A stretch of DNA of 64,000 nt, from the NCBI GenBank assembly GCA_945874535.1, contig CAMCGZ010000001.1, forward strand, positions 28,471 through 92,470, given 5' to 3'. How positions within the stretch are numbered: the stretch's first letter is position 1; every line of letters begins with the position of its first letter. The notes under the pieces were generated by a model. The model had not been told where the DNA came from. It worked only from the letters and a program-made list of their open reading frames with translations, and ran no database searches. This document shows positions 39,667 to 49,875 of this stretch, piece by piece. The DNA is from Bdellovibrio sp. ZAP7 (GTDB lineage Bacteria; Bdellovibrionota; UBA1018; CAIMNF01). Made by a program: the position numbers and the translations under genes.

Positions 39667-40535
39667 ACGAAACCCTCCTGAAAAAGGTCAAACGCATCGA
39701 AATCGCAACGAAGCGGATGATGGACGACATCATGACCGGGGGATACAAGTCGCACTTCAAAGGACAGGGTGTGCAGTTTTCGGAACACCGCCAGTACATG
39801 CCCGGAGACGATATCCGTCACTTGGACTGGAAGGTCAGCGCGAGGAGCCGTGAACCTCTGGTCAAGCTTTACGAAGAGGAGCGCGAGCTGAATGTGTTCA
39901 TCATCGCGGACCTCTCGGCCTCGCTTGATTTCGGATCACTCAAAAACACTAAGCGCGAAGTCCTGGCAGAGCTCGCAGCGATGATCGCCTACGCCGCTTC
40001 GAATACCGGCGACAAGGTGGGTGTGCTTCTCGTTACCGATCGTGTCGAGAAAATCATCGAGCTCAAGAAGGGCAGGAACCATGTGCTCCGGATCATCCGT
40101 GACCTGCTCACCCATCCGACCCGTCCCGGAGGTACCGCTCTCCGGAAGGCACTCGAAGAAACCCGAAGGCTGATGAAGCACTCAGGGATCGTTTTCGTAT
40201 TGAGTGACTTCAAGGCGGAGGGGCTTGAAATTCCGGTTCGTCAGCTGTCGCGGAAACACGATGTTGTTGCCGTCAAGATCGAAGATGAGGCCGAGTTCAG
40301 CATCAAAACCAGCGGACGTTTTCCGATCCTCGATCCGGAATCGGGTCGGGTGTTCGAACTCGACACCCGCTCGAAGATCGAGAACGAGAGCCTCGACTTT
40401 TCAACCGCGGCTTTTGCTCAAAAAACCAAAACTCTTTTCAAACAGGCGGGAGTGGAAACACTCTCCATTCAAACCCGAGAGGACCATGCGGAACGATTGC
40501 TTCAGTTTCTCAAACGCCGCAAGCAGAAACGCTAA
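39663..40535 (+). CDS. DUF58-domain protein (MoxR partner, vWA-like fold)
   Basis: GDDIRHLDWKVSAR and IIADLSASL motifs. Start overlaps the moxR stop. Confidence 0.8.
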   Translation: MNETLLKKVKRIEIATKRMMDDIMTGGYKSHFKGQGVQFSEHRQYMPGDDIRHLDWKVSARSREPLVKLYEEERELNVFIIADLSASLDFGSLKNTKREVLAELAAMIAYAASNTGDKVGVLLVTDRVEKIIELKKGRNHVLRIIRDLLTHPTRPGGTALRKALEETRRLMKHSGIVFVLSDFKAEGLEIPVRQLSRKHDVVAVKIEDEAEFSIKTSGRFPILDPESGRVFELDTRSKIENESLDFSTAAFAQKTKTLFKQAGVETLSIQTREDHAERLLQFLKRRKQKR

Positions 40536-40551
40536 AGCGCTTTTCGGCGCA

Positions 40552-41490
40552 ATGGTGTTGCTTCTTGCATCCGCGTCGGCCGCCAGTGCCGCGGTTGAGA
40601 CTCCGCACGCCTTACCGGAAGCCCCTGTGAGTGAGGTGAATCGGAATGCCAACGGCAGCCAGTATCAGATCGGTGACCGGATCACTCTCGAGGCACGGGT
40701 TCCGCCCGGGGTGCTCGAGACCGGAGATCCGGTTCGATTGACAGAGGAGGGAGGCAAAGAGAGCTCCCAGTGGCTGCTCGATCCCCACCCGGAAGTGGCT
40801 CAAGGAACCGTTCGGTTCATTGTCGCACCGGTACAAACCGGAGAACTGGAGCTGCCCAAACTGAGAATTTCTCGTGAAGGTCGTGACCCCGTGGCGGTCA
40901 CCGGCGCATACAAGATCAGTGTATCCGGTCCGACCGCTGAGCCGGGTAAGAGCCCGGAGCTTCTGCCGGTAATGGAGATTTCGCTTTCCTGGTCTCACCG
41001 GATCCTGATCGCGTTTTTGTTTCTCGTGTTCTGTATATCGGCCTATTGGATTTACCGTAAGCTCCGCGCCCGGAAGACCAGCACATCATCCATTTCAGTA
41101 CCGCCCGCACCGAGCGAGACTCCTGATGAACTCGCCGTCCGCCGGATCGAGTCCTTGTTCAAACTGTATCCTTACTCTCCCGTTGCCCTGAAGCCGGTTT
41201 GTTTCGGGTGCTCGGAAATCTTGAAGGACTTTTTATCCGCTCGCTTCCAGGTGGATGCCTCGGAATCGACGACACGCGAGATGCTCGATCTCCTGCGCGG
41301 CTCAGGAATGGAGCGGGATTCCTTACGCGAGATCGAAACCTTATTCTCCACGCTGGATCTGGTGAAGTTCACCCGGGAAGAGAATTTCAAGCACCTGAAC
41401 GAGGTGGACTATTCCTCTGTCCGGGCTGGCGCCCTTCTGATCATCGATCGTTGGCGTTCGGCTCCCGAGCGAGTGGAGGCTAGGCCATGA
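40552..41490 (+). CDS. Single-pass membrane protein of the Bat/MoxR module (position of DUF4381/BatD-N-like)
   Basis: Signal-like N-terminus and a mid-protein TM (ILIAFLFLVFCISAYWIY). Sits between the DUF58 and vWA genes. Confidence 0.45.
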   Translation: MVLLLASASAASAAVETPHALPEAPVSEVNRNANGSQYQIGDRITLEARVPPGVLETGDPVRLTEEGGKESSQWLLDPHPEVAQGTVRFIVAPVQTGELELPKLRISREGRDPVAVTGAYKISVSGPTAEPGKSPELLPVMEISLSWSHRILIAFLFLVFCISAYWIYRKLRARKTSTSSISVPPAPSETPDELAVRRIESLFKLYPYSPVALKPVCFGCSEILKDFLSARFQVDASESTTREMLDLLRGSGMERDSLREIETLFSTLDLVKFTREENFKHLNEVDYSSVRAGALLIIDRWRSAPERVEARP

Positions 41491-42479
41491 GATTCGCCTA
41501 TCCGCTCGTTTTCCTGCTGTTGATTCCGATTCCGTTTTTATTCCGGTATTTGCTCAGAAGGCAGTCCCTGCCGCCGATCCGGCTCCAGCTCTTCGGCTAC
41601 ACTCCGCGTGATTCCAGATTGCCGTCTCCGGCGTTGATTCAAACCGCACTGAAGACCGTCGCATTGCTTTTCTTGATCACCGGCCTTGCCCGCCCCCAAA
41701 GCATTTCAAAGACCCAGGAAAGAAAAGCGAATGGAGTGGACATTGTCATGGTGCTCGACGTGTCGCTCAGCATGCTCATCCAGGATATGGGTGATGCCAA
41801 CCGGATGGAGATCGCCAAACAAACCTTCAGACAGTTTATCGAAGGCCGGACGAACGACCGGATCGGATTCGTGATGTTCAGCGGTGAACCGATCACACTC
41901 GCGCCGCCGACCCTCGACTACGGATTGCTTCTTTCTCAATTGCGTACGGTTGAGCCCGGAGGAAACGGCCTTCGCGATGGAACTGCCATCGGAGACGGTC
42001 TCGCCCTGGCGATCAATCGCCTGAAAAAATCTTCGGCCAAAAGCCGGATCGTGATCCTCCTGACCGACGGTGACAACAATGTCGGCAGGATCGATCCCAT
42101 CACCGCCGGGGAACTGGCCCAGGGGTATGCCGTGAAGGTCTATTCCATCGCCATCGGGACTGAGGGCCGGGTGAAACAGCCCCTCCCGGTCATCACTCCG
42201 CTCGGGAAGTCCTTTCAGCATGTCTGGGTCGAGAATCGCCTCAACCCGACTCTGCTCGCCCAGATCTCCGAGAAAACCCAAGGGAAGTTCTATCGGGTTC
42301 AAGACGAACAAGCCCTGATCGAGGTGTTCCGCGATATCGACCGTCTCGAGAAGACCGAGATCACCACCAAAGACAAACTCAATTATCATGAAGAATTCCT
42401 CCCTTGGGTTTATGCCGCTTTGTTCTGTCTTCTGGCTGAGCGGATCCTCGCTTCATTCTGGTGGAGGCAGTGGGCATGA
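41487..42479 (+). CDS. batA: von Willebrand factor A domain membrane protein (BatA-like)
   Basis: DIVMVLDVSLSM MIDAS motif. N- and C-terminal TM helices. Confidence 0.75.
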   Translation: MRFAYPLVFLLLIPIPFLFRYLLRRQSLPPIRLQLFGYTPRDSRLPSPALIQTALKTVALLFLITGLARPQSISKTQERKANGVDIVMVLDVSLSMLIQDMGDANRMEIAKQTFRQFIEGRTNDRIGFVMFSGEPITLAPPTLDYGLLLSQLRTVEPGGNGLRDGTAIGDGLALAINRLKKSSAKSRIVILLTDGDNNVGRIDPITAGELAQGYAVKVYSIAIGTEGRVKQPLPVITPLGKSFQHVWVENRLNPTLLAQISEKTQGKFYRVQDEQALIEVFRDIDRLEKTEITTKDKLNYHEEFLPWVYAALFCLLAERILASFWWRQWA

Positions 42480-44224
42480 GCTTCGGGAATCCTCGCGCAT
42501 GGCTGGTTCTCTTGCTCGGGCTCGTGATGCTCGCGCTGGCGCACGCCCAGACGATCGGCCAACAAAAACGGCTTTCTGAATGGATCGACCGCAGCCTCTG
42601 GCCGAAAGTGATTCCAGAATTTTCCTGGAAGGCCTTCCTCCGCAAGCAGGCTTGGCTCGCACTCGCGCTCCTGTTCGCAGGCATCGCCCTCATGCGACCC
42701 CAGTGGGGTGAGAAAGAGGAGATGATCGACAGCAAAGGGATGGATATTGTTTTCCTTCTCGATCTGTCCAACAGCATTCTCGCCGAGGACACCCCGCCCA
42801 GCCGGCTCGATCGAGCCCGGACCTTCATCAAAAAGACCCTCGATGGTCTGGCGGATGACCGGGTTGGAATCGTCGGCTTTGCCGGAAAGGCTGTTCTCGC
42901 CGTCCCTCTGACCACCGACTTCGGATATGTGACCGAGATGGTCGAAACCTTGGATCCATCGATGATCGCGAGCCAGGGAACCGAAATTGCAAAAGCCATC
43001 GATTCCGGCATCAAGGCATTCGAAAGGAGCGCTGAAGACACACGGAAGTCATCGAAAGCCTTCGTTCTGGTGACAGACGGCGAAGACTTCGGAGAGGGTG
43101 CCGGTGCCGCGGCGTCGAAAATCCGTGAATTGGGATCGGGGTTTTTCGTGGTGGCGGTGGGAACCAAAGAAGGCGCACCCGTACCCGTGAGGAACCGGGC
43201 CGGAGTGCTTCAAACCTACAAGAAGGACCGGGATCAGAAGATCGTCCTGAGCCGTGTGAACAAGGAACTGCTCTCTCAAATCGCCAGTGAGGGGGGAGGA
43301 ACGATGATCGATCTCGTGAATCCGGATGACGCGTCTTATGAACTGATCCGTGGTCTCAGGGGACTCAGCCGGGACGCAACCCGCCAGCAACGCCAGGTCA
43401 CCCGGATTGAGCGGTTTCACTATTTTTTGGCAGTTTCCGTGATTTTTCTGATGCTCCACCTGTTCGCCGGATACCTTCCGGGTAGGAGATCCGGTATCGC
43501 GTTTTTGTTCGCACTCCTGCTGATTCCGTCGGGCGCATCCGCACAGACTCTCAAGGGATACATCGAAGCCAAAAAGGCCCAGCGCCTGCATTCTGATCGG
43601 GACTTCGCGGGCGCCGCAGAAGTGTACGGGGGCGCGACCAAGCTCGAGCCCGATTCCGCACCGCTCAAGTACAATCAGGCTACGGCCTTGTCAAACTCCG
43701 GAAAACACGAGGACTCTTTGCCGCTCTTCGAGGAGGTGACCAAACAGTCACTGGCAGAGGGCGACTATGCTTCAGCTGCACGGGCACTGTATAACGAAGG
43801 CGTGACACTCAGTCAGGCCGGCAAACCGCGGGAGTCTCTCGATCGGCTGACCAAAGCGATTGAGTTGGCGAAAATCCTGAAAGACGGAGAAATCGAAAAA
43901 CGCGCCCGGCAGGCGCTGGCCAAGTCTTCGGAGCAAAATCAGCAGCAACAAGATCAGAAGGAACAGGATCAGAAAAACCAGGATCAGAAGCAAAAGAAGG
44001 ATCAAGAACAGGGAGATCAGAAATCCAAGCCCAAGCAGGAAGGGGATGACTCCCAGAAGCAGGGTCCCGAAGAAGGTAAGAAACGCCAGTTCAGGAGCGG
44101 AACCCTCTCCAAGGACGTGGCAGAGAGCATCATGAACGACCTGTCGGATCGCGAAAAACAGTTGCATCAGAATCGCCTGAAAGAACAGAAAGGCCGGGAG
44201 ATGGAAAATGACAAAGACTGGTAA
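42476..44224 (+). CDS. batB: vWA + TPR domain protein (BatB-like) with a Q/D/K-rich low-complexity C-terminus
   Basis: DIVFLLDLSNSI MIDAS motif. TPR-like repeats. QDQKEQDQKNQDQKQKKDQEQ tail. Confidence 0.7.
   Translation: MSFGNPRAWLVLLLGLVMLALAHAQTIGQQKRLSEWIDRSLWPKVIPEFSWKAFLRKQAWLALALLFAGIALMRPQWGEKEEMIDSKGMDIVFLLDLSNSILAEDTPPSRLDRARTFIKKTLDGLADDRVGIVGFAGKAVLAVPLTTDFGYVTEMVETLDPSMIASQGTEIAKAIDSGIKAFERSAEDTRKSSKAFVLVTDGEDFGEGAGAAASKIRELGSGFFVVAVGTKEGAPVPVRNRAGVLQTYKKDRDQKIVLSRVNKELLSQIASEGGGTMIDLVNPDDASYELIRGLRGLSRDATRQQRQVTRIERFHYFLAVSVIFLMLHLFAGYLPGRRSGIAFLFALLLIPSGASAQTLKGYIEAKKAQRLHSDRDFAGAAEVYGGATKLEPDSAPLKYNQATALSNSGKHEDSLPLFEEVTKQSLAEGDYASAARALYNEGVTLSQAGKPRESLDRLTKAIELAKILKDGEIEKRARQALAKSSEQNQQQQDQKEQDQKNQDQKQKKDQEQGDQKSKPKQEGDDSQKQGPEEGKKRQFRSGTLSKDVAESIMNDLSDREKQLHQNRLKEQKGREMENDKDW
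43925..44060 (+). repeat. Low-complexity cag/gat/aag-rich coding repeat (Q/D/K tail of BatB)
   Basis: Direct reading of the sequence: caggatcagaa(g/a)-type units. Confidence 0.6.
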
Positions 44225-46061
44225 GACCTTCATTTCCGCACTCATTTTATTTTGCATCCATTCGGGTACGGCATTCGCCGGAATCCAGGCCTCCGTCGAC
44301 CGGCAGGAGGTTCCACAAGACGAGTCGGTCTCCCTGAAGATCGTCCGGACCGGAGAAAGCGAGAAGCCACTCAATCCGAAGTTCGACGCACCGGACTTCG
44401 AGATCGTCAATCAGTTCCAGAACTCCCAATTCTCTTCGGTGTACATCAATGGGAAATTCGAGAACCGCTCGGAGGAGAGTGTGACCTTCATCCTGCGTCC
44501 ACTGAAGGTCGGTGCACTCCGGATCCGCAATATCTCCAACAGCGGAGAAAAGGCGTCCGACATCACGGTCCAGGTGATCCAGGAACAGCTCAACCGGAAA
44601 CCCGTTGCGGGTGATGGGGGCGCGCTCAAGGGCGACGCCAAGAACTTCTTTGTGCGGGGTGAGGTGAACACCTCCCGGGTTTACAAGGGCGAGCAGGTGA
44701 TCGTGAGCTTCTATCTTTACCGGAGGACCCGGGCCCAGGTCCGCGACGTGCTTCAGTATCCGTCATTCCAAGGCTTCATCCGTGAGGATCTCGAGATGCC
44801 CATCCTTTCGAACCGTCCCGACTTCGAGGCGGTCAGCCTCGGCGGCGTTCCCATGGAGCGGGCGCTCCTCGCCCGGTATGCCATTTATCCTATCAAAGAA
44901 GGCAAACTGAAAGTCGATGGCTTCTCGGTGAAGGTGGACTACGTACCCAAGAATCCGGCGACAGATGAGATGCTCGAAGATCCGGTGTTCCAGTTTTTCA
45001 CGCAGGTGACTCCGAGAAGTGGCAGTTCGAGGAGTGATCCCATCCTGATCGATGTGCAGCCACTCCCCGAGGACGGCAAGACCCAGCTCTTCACCGGCGG
45101 GGTTGGAGACTTCGAGGTTTCGGCCCAGCTGGATGCGAACCGGATTCAGGCTCACGCCCCCTTGAACTTCAAGGTCTCCGTGAAAGGAAAGGGCAACACG
45201 AGTCTGGTGGAATTCCCCAAGGTGAACTGGCCAAAGGGCTTGCGCCTCTACGAATCCCAGGGGAAGTCGAAGTCACTGGGGCAAGGACTCTCCGAGAAAG
45301 TGTTCGAAGTCGTGGTGATTCCGGAGGTGGCGGGGGAAACCGAGATTCCACCGGTTGAGTTCGAGTTCTTCAGTCCCGAGAGCCGGTCGTATGTCCGGCG
45401 CAAAACAGCTGCCATACCGATTCAGGTGGCACCGGGCGATCCCTCACAGGCTCCGGCCATGCCCCGTTCCGGCACCGAAGGGAACGAGCGGGTCGATAGC
45501 ATTCCAACAGCCGGGAGTCCCGGCTATGGTGCGATCCGGGAGCGCGACAAATCATCCGAGGGGTTCGGAGGGCAGCCCTGGTGGCGCCTGGTGGCATGGG
45601 CCGGCCTCCTGATGTTCTTCTCTTTTGCGGGCTTGGTGGCCTGGGATCAAACCAAAAAACGATCGCTCGCAAGGCTCGAGGTCCTGAAGAAGAAGCAAAG
45701 CGTAGACCGCCTCTGGTCGAACCTTGCTGAAGCCGCCCAGAAAGCCGTCACGCCGCAAGATGCCGGTAAAGTGCTCGAGCAACTGAAGGATGAAGTTTAT
45801 AAGTCCTTAGATGAGGGCTTCGGGTTGAGTTCGCGAGCCCTTCCCAAGCGCGAACTTGCCAGGATTCTGACGGAACAGCACTCTCTCCGGAATGAAGACT
45901 GGCAGACTCTCGATACCCTCTTTGAAACGGCCGAGCGAGTCCGCTTCTCCTCCCAGTCCGGAGACTCCGGAATCTCGGGGGAGCGTGTCATGAATCTGGT
46001 CGAGTCCGTTCGGAAAATTTGCGCGGGAATTCCTCGCAAATCGATGGAAATACAAGCCTAA
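44208..46061 (+). CDS. batD: BatD-like oxygen-tolerance protein
   Basis: Signal peptide. ~600 aa. C-terminal TM (LVAWAGLLMFFSFAGLVAW). Last gene of the MoxR-DUF58-vWA module. Confidence 0.6.
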   Translation: MTKTGKTFISALILFCIHSGTAFAGIQASVDRQEVPQDESVSLKIVRTGESEKPLNPKFDAPDFEIVNQFQNSQFSSVYINGKFENRSEESVTFILRPLKVGALRIRNISNSGEKASDITVQVIQEQLNRKPVAGDGGALKGDAKNFFVRGEVNTSRVYKGEQVIVSFYLYRRTRAQVRDVLQYPSFQGFIREDLEMPILSNRPDFEAVSLGGVPMERALLARYAIYPIKEGKLKVDGFSVKVDYVPKNPATDEMLEDPVFQFFTQVTPRSGSSRSDPILIDVQPLPEDGKTQLFTGGVGDFEVSAQLDANRIQAHAPLNFKVSVKGKGNTSLVEFPKVNWPKGLRLYESQGKSKSLGQGLSEKVFEVVVIPEVAGETEIPPVEFEFFSPESRSYVRRKTAAIPIQVAPGDPSQAPAMPRSGTEGNERVDSIPTAGSPGYGAIRERDKSSEGFGGQPWWRLVAWAGLLMFFSFAGLVAWDQTKKRSLARLEVLKKKQSVDRLWSNLAEAAQKAVTPQDAGKVLEQLKDEVYKSLDEGFGLSSRALPKRELARILTEQHSLRNEDWQTLDTLFETAERVRFSSQSGDSGISGERVMNLVESVRKICAGIPRKSMEIQA

Positions 46062-46118
46062 TTTCTCTATAATCTGGCTAAAGCGAAATTGTATTCCCGC
46101 TCCTGAAAGGACAACACC

Positions 46119-46892
46119 ATGAATCTCTATGTGTGCATCAAACAGGTTCCCGATACGGAAACCAAAATCAAGGTCAATGGCGACGGAACCGGCATCGACA
46201 CCGCCGGCATCAAGTGGATCATGTCTTCATATGATGAATTCGGAGTCGAAGAGGCGCTTCGCCTGAAAGAAAAAACTCCGGGGGCGACCGTTACAGTCGT
46301 TTCTGCAGGACCCGATCGCGTGATTGAAACCCTCCGTACCGCTCTGGCCATGGGTGCGGACAATGCGATTCACGTCGAACTTCCTGAAACCGCCGATAGC
46401 GCCATGACTGCGAAGGCCATCGCCGGAACCCTCAAAAAAGAGGCCAAAGTCGATCTCGTGTTCTTCGGAAAAGAAGCACTCGATGACGGCGCATCCCAAG
46501 TTCCGCAACTGGTTGCGGCCCACCTCGCCCTTCCAGCGGTGACCGTGGTTTGCGGAATCGAGTATTCGGGCAGCACGCTCAAGTGCAAGCGCGAGATCGA
46601 GGGCGGATCCTTCGAGATGGTCGAAGTTTCGGCTCCCGCCGTGATCGCGGGCAGCAAGGGGCTCAACGAGCCTCGTTATGCCACACTCCCGAACATCATG
46701 AAGGCCAAGAAGAAGGAAGTGAAGGCCGTGAAGCTCGCAGACATCGGCGTTTCGGCCTCCGACCAGAAAATCAAGATGAAGAATCTCCAGCTGCCTCCTC
46801 CGAAGCAGGCCGGAAAGAAAATCGATGGGGATGCCGGAGTCCAAGCTCAACAGCTGGCTCAAGCACTCCACAATGAAGCGAAGGTGATCTAA
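46119..46892 (+). CDS. etfB: Electron transfer flavoprotein beta subunit
   Basis: MNLYVCIKQVPD... canonical EtfB. Confidence 0.9.
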   Translation: MNLYVCIKQVPDTETKIKVNGDGTGIDTAGIKWIMSSYDEFGVEEALRLKEKTPGATVTVVSAGPDRVIETLRTALAMGADNAIHVELPETADSAMTAKAIAGTLKKEAKVDLVFFGKEALDDGASQVPQLVAAHLALPAVTVVCGIEYSGSTLKCKREIEGGSFEMVEVSAPAVIAGSKGLNEPRYATLPNIMKAKKKEVKAVKLADIGVSASDQKIKMKNLQLPPPKQAGKKIDGDAGVQAQQLAQALHNEAKVI

Positions 46893-46894
46893 TC

Positions 46895-47860
46895 ATGGCA
46901 AAAGTACTCGTATTCATCGAACAACGTGAAGGTAAAGCAAAGAAAGCCAGTTACGAGCTCGTTGCGGCATCGGCAGCGGCTGGAAATGAGACCCACGCCG
47001 TGATCATCGGCGATGCCGTCTCCGGACTCGCCAATGAGTCGGCTCAATTCGGCGCAAACAAGGTTCACCTGGTACAGGATGCGGCCCTGAAGCTTTACAC
47101 CGCGGAATCCTACTCTCGCGCCCTGATGGCAGCGATCAAGACCGTGAACCCGGAAATCGTTCTCGCGGCACACACCCCCATGGGGAAGGAGTTTCTTCCT
47201 CTCGTGTCCGTAATGGCCGATGCGGCTCTCGCAACAGACTGCACCTCGATCGCTTTCGGTGGCGGCAAGCTCGCATTGAAGCGCCCGGTGTATTCGGGCA
47301 AGGCTGCAGCTGAAGTGGAGTTCACCGGCGCAGAAATGCAAATGGCGACGATCCGTCCGAACTCGATCGGGCTTCCGAAGCCCGATACCTCGAAAACCGC
47401 AGATCCGGGATCCATCAGCGTGGACCTTTCCGGTCTCAAGACCAAGATCCTCGAAGTGGTCAAAGGCAATTCGGCCCGCCCCGATGTGACCGAGGCTGCG
47501 ATCGTCGTCTCGGGTGGACGCGCACTCAAGAATGCCGACAACTTCAAGATCCTTGAAGATCTCGCTGACACCGTCGGTGCTGCGGTCGGCGCCTCTCGCG
47601 CTGCCGTCGATGCCGGATACCGTCCGCATCGCGACCAGGTGGGACAGACTGGCAAAGTGGTCTCCCCGTCTTGCTACATCGCCTGCGGAATCAGCGGTGC
47701 CATCCAGCACCTCGCCGGCATGCGCAGCTCGAAAGTGATCGTAGCAATCAATTCGGATCCTCAGGCGCCGATCTTCCAGATTGCCGACTACGGCATTGTC
47801 GGAGACCTGTTCCAAGTGGTTCCCGCACTCACGACCGAGTTCAAGAAAATCAAGGAGTAA
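46895..47860 (+). CDS. etfA: Electron transfer flavoprotein alpha subunit
   Basis: C-terminal FAD-binding region with IAVGISGAIQHLAGM-type motif. Confidence 0.9.
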   Translation: MAKVLVFIEQREGKAKKASYELVAASAAAGNETHAVIIGDAVSGLANESAQFGANKVHLVQDAALKLYTAESYSRALMAAIKTVNPEIVLAAHTPMGKEFLPLVSVMADAALATDCTSIAFGGGKLALKRPVYSGKAAAEVEFTGAEMQMATIRPNSIGLPKPDTSKTADPGSISVDLSGLKTKILEVVKGNSARPDVTEAAIVVSGGRALKNADNFKILEDLADTVGAAVGASRAAVDAGYRPHRDQVGQTGKVVSPSCYIACGISGAIQHLAGMRSSKVIVAINSDPQAPIFQIADYGIVGDLFQVVPALTTEFKKIKE

Positions 47861-47866
47861 CAAGGA

Positions 47867-49852
47867 ATGACCTGGCAAACCTTCGCGTTTTTGATCGTAG
47901 CTGGTACCGCTCTCACCCTTTCGGGTCGCCGCTTCGCCGCGCTCTACAGCCTGATGAAGGCCCAAACCGGCAAAGCCCCCGAAGTGAAAGACATCGGAAG
48001 GCGGGTGCAAACCGCGATCGTGAACGTGTTGGGCCAGAAGGCCGTACTGAAGGACACCTGGATCGGAATCGCGCACACCGCGATTTTCTGGGGTTTCCTG
48101 GTGATCTCTCTTGGTACAGTCGAGCAATTCCTGATGACCTTGCACAGTGGGGCCTCCTTCGAGTTCATCGGAGCGGGGCCCTACTCCCTTTTCATCATGA
48201 GCCAGGACTTCTTCACCGGATTGGTCCTGCTCGGAGTCCTCTTTGCGGCCTATCGCCGCTTGGTGGTACGCCCGAAGCACCTCGGACAATCGAACGACGC
48301 GAATAACGTCCTGCTCTTCACGGGCGGGTTGATGGTGTCGATCTTCCTGATGAACGCCTTCCACATCCTGGGTTCGCATCCGGACTTTGAAAGCTCGTTT
48401 TTCATTTCGAAGCACCTTGCGGCATCCATGATGGGGCTGAACCTGGATGATGGCGCCTATCACGGGCTTTACACCGTATTCAAATGGATCCACATGGCGT
48501 TGGTTCTCGGGTTTGCGGTTTACATTCCGGGATCAAAGCACCTTCACATCGTGGCAGCCGGCCCGAACACCTTTCTTCGCAAGCTCGATCGCGAGAAGGG
48601 CATGACGACGATCAACTTCGAAGATGAGAACCTCACCCAGTACGGTGTTGCGAACATCAACCAGATGAGCTGGAAAGACGCCCTGGATCTGTATTCCTGT
48701 ACGGAGTGCGGCAGGTGTCAGTCGCTCTGTCCTGCGTGGAACACCGAGAAGCCCCTTTCTCCCAAGAATCTGATTGTCGATCTCAAAAAGAATCTTCACA
48801 CGAACAAACCGGCCATTCTCGAGGGAAAAACCGATCAAATCACCCACGTGATCGATGAAAAGGTCACCGAAGACGTGATTTGGGCATGCACCTCTTGCCG
48901 CGCGTGTGAGATCGCTTGCCCGGTCTTCATCGAGCACACCGACAAGATCTACGACATCCGCAGGAATCTGGTGATGATGGAGTCCCGCTTCCCCGCAGAA
49001 GTCCAGGCCGTATTCAAGAACATGGAAACGAACGGCACCCCTTGGGCCTTCAGTCCGTCCGAACGGGCGAACTGGGCCGAGGGTCTCGAAGTCAAGACCA
49101 TGGCCGATCTCGGATCTGCTGCCGACATCGATGTCCTGCTCTGGGTGGGATGTGCCGGGGCCTATGACGACCGGAACAAGAAGGTCCTCTCCTCTTTTGT
49201 GAGTCTCCTGAAAAAAGCCCAGGTCAAATTCGCCATCCTCGGAACCGAAGAGACCTGCACCGGAGATGCCGCAAGAAGGATCGGTAACGAGTACCTTTTC
49301 CAGACGCTTGCGAAAACCAACGTGGATACCCTGAATCGATACGAAGTGAAGAAGATTGTGACCGCCTGCCCGCACTGCTTCAACACGCTCAAGAACGAAT
49401 ACAAGGACCTCGGTGGAAACTACGATGTGGTTCACCACTCGCAATTCATCGCTCAAATGATCTCAAGCGGAAAACTGAAACCGCAAAAGGCTCTGGACGA
49501 AACCGTGACCTTCCACGACAGCTGCTACCTCGGGCGCTGGAACAATGTTTACGAGCAGCCCCGCGCGGTTCTCGGTGCGATTCCGAAAGTGAATCTCGTC
49601 GAGATGCGCCAGCATCACGACCAAGGCTTGTGCTGTGGCGCAGGCGGTGGACGGATGTGGATGGAAGAACACCATGGCTCCAGGATCAACGTCGCCCGCT
49701 CGGAGCAAGCCATCGAGACCGGCGCGAAGACCGTGGCCACCTCCTGCCCATTCTGCATCACCATGATCAGTGACGGCATGAAGACCAAAGACATGGCAGA
49801 CAAGATCCAGGTGAAAGACATCGCCGAATTGATCGATTCTTCGACCAACTGA
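47867..49852 (+). CDS. Membrane-anchored Fe-S oxidoreductase (two 4Fe-4S CxxCxxCxxxCP motifs plus a CCG domain); probable ETF:quinone oxidoreductase analogue
   Basis: CTECGRCQSLCP and CTSCRACEIACP motifs. C-terminal cysteine-rich CCG repeats. N-terminal TM helices. Directly follows etfBA. Confidence 0.8.
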   Translation: MTWQTFAFLIVAGTALTLSGRRFAALYSLMKAQTGKAPEVKDIGRRVQTAIVNVLGQKAVLKDTWIGIAHTAIFWGFLVISLGTVEQFLMTLHSGASFEFIGAGPYSLFIMSQDFFTGLVLLGVLFAAYRRLVVRPKHLGQSNDANNVLLFTGGLMVSIFLMNAFHILGSHPDFESSFFISKHLAASMMGLNLDDGAYHGLYTVFKWIHMALVLGFAVYIPGSKHLHIVAAGPNTFLRKLDREKGMTTINFEDENLTQYGVANINQMSWKDALDLYSCTECGRCQSLCPAWNTEKPLSPKNLIVDLKKNLHTNKPAILEGKTDQITHVIDEKVTEDVIWACTSCRACEIACPVFIEHTDKIYDIRRNLVMMESRFPAEVQAVFKNMETNGTPWAFSPSERANWAEGLEVKTMADLGSAADIDVLLWVGCAGAYDDRNKKVLSSFVSLLKKAQVKFAILGTEETCTGDAARRIGNEYLFQTLAKTNVDTLNRYEVKKIVTACPHCFNTLKNEYKDLGGNYDVVHHSQFIAQMISSGKLKPQKALDETVTFHDSCYLGRWNNVYEQPRAVLGAIPKVNLVEMRQHHDQGLCCGAGGGRMWMEEHHGSRINVARSEQAIETGAKTVATSCPFCITMISDGMKTKDMADKIQVKDIAELIDSSTN

Positions 49853-49875
49853 ACCGCTTTCCGCGCTACATCCGG

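Noticed and set aside
40204-40551. The 428-aa ORF starts inside the DUF58 gene
   Set aside because: The N-terminal extension is Arg/Ser-rich junk and overlaps DUF58 by 330 nt. The start is re-set to the signal-peptide Met at 40552.
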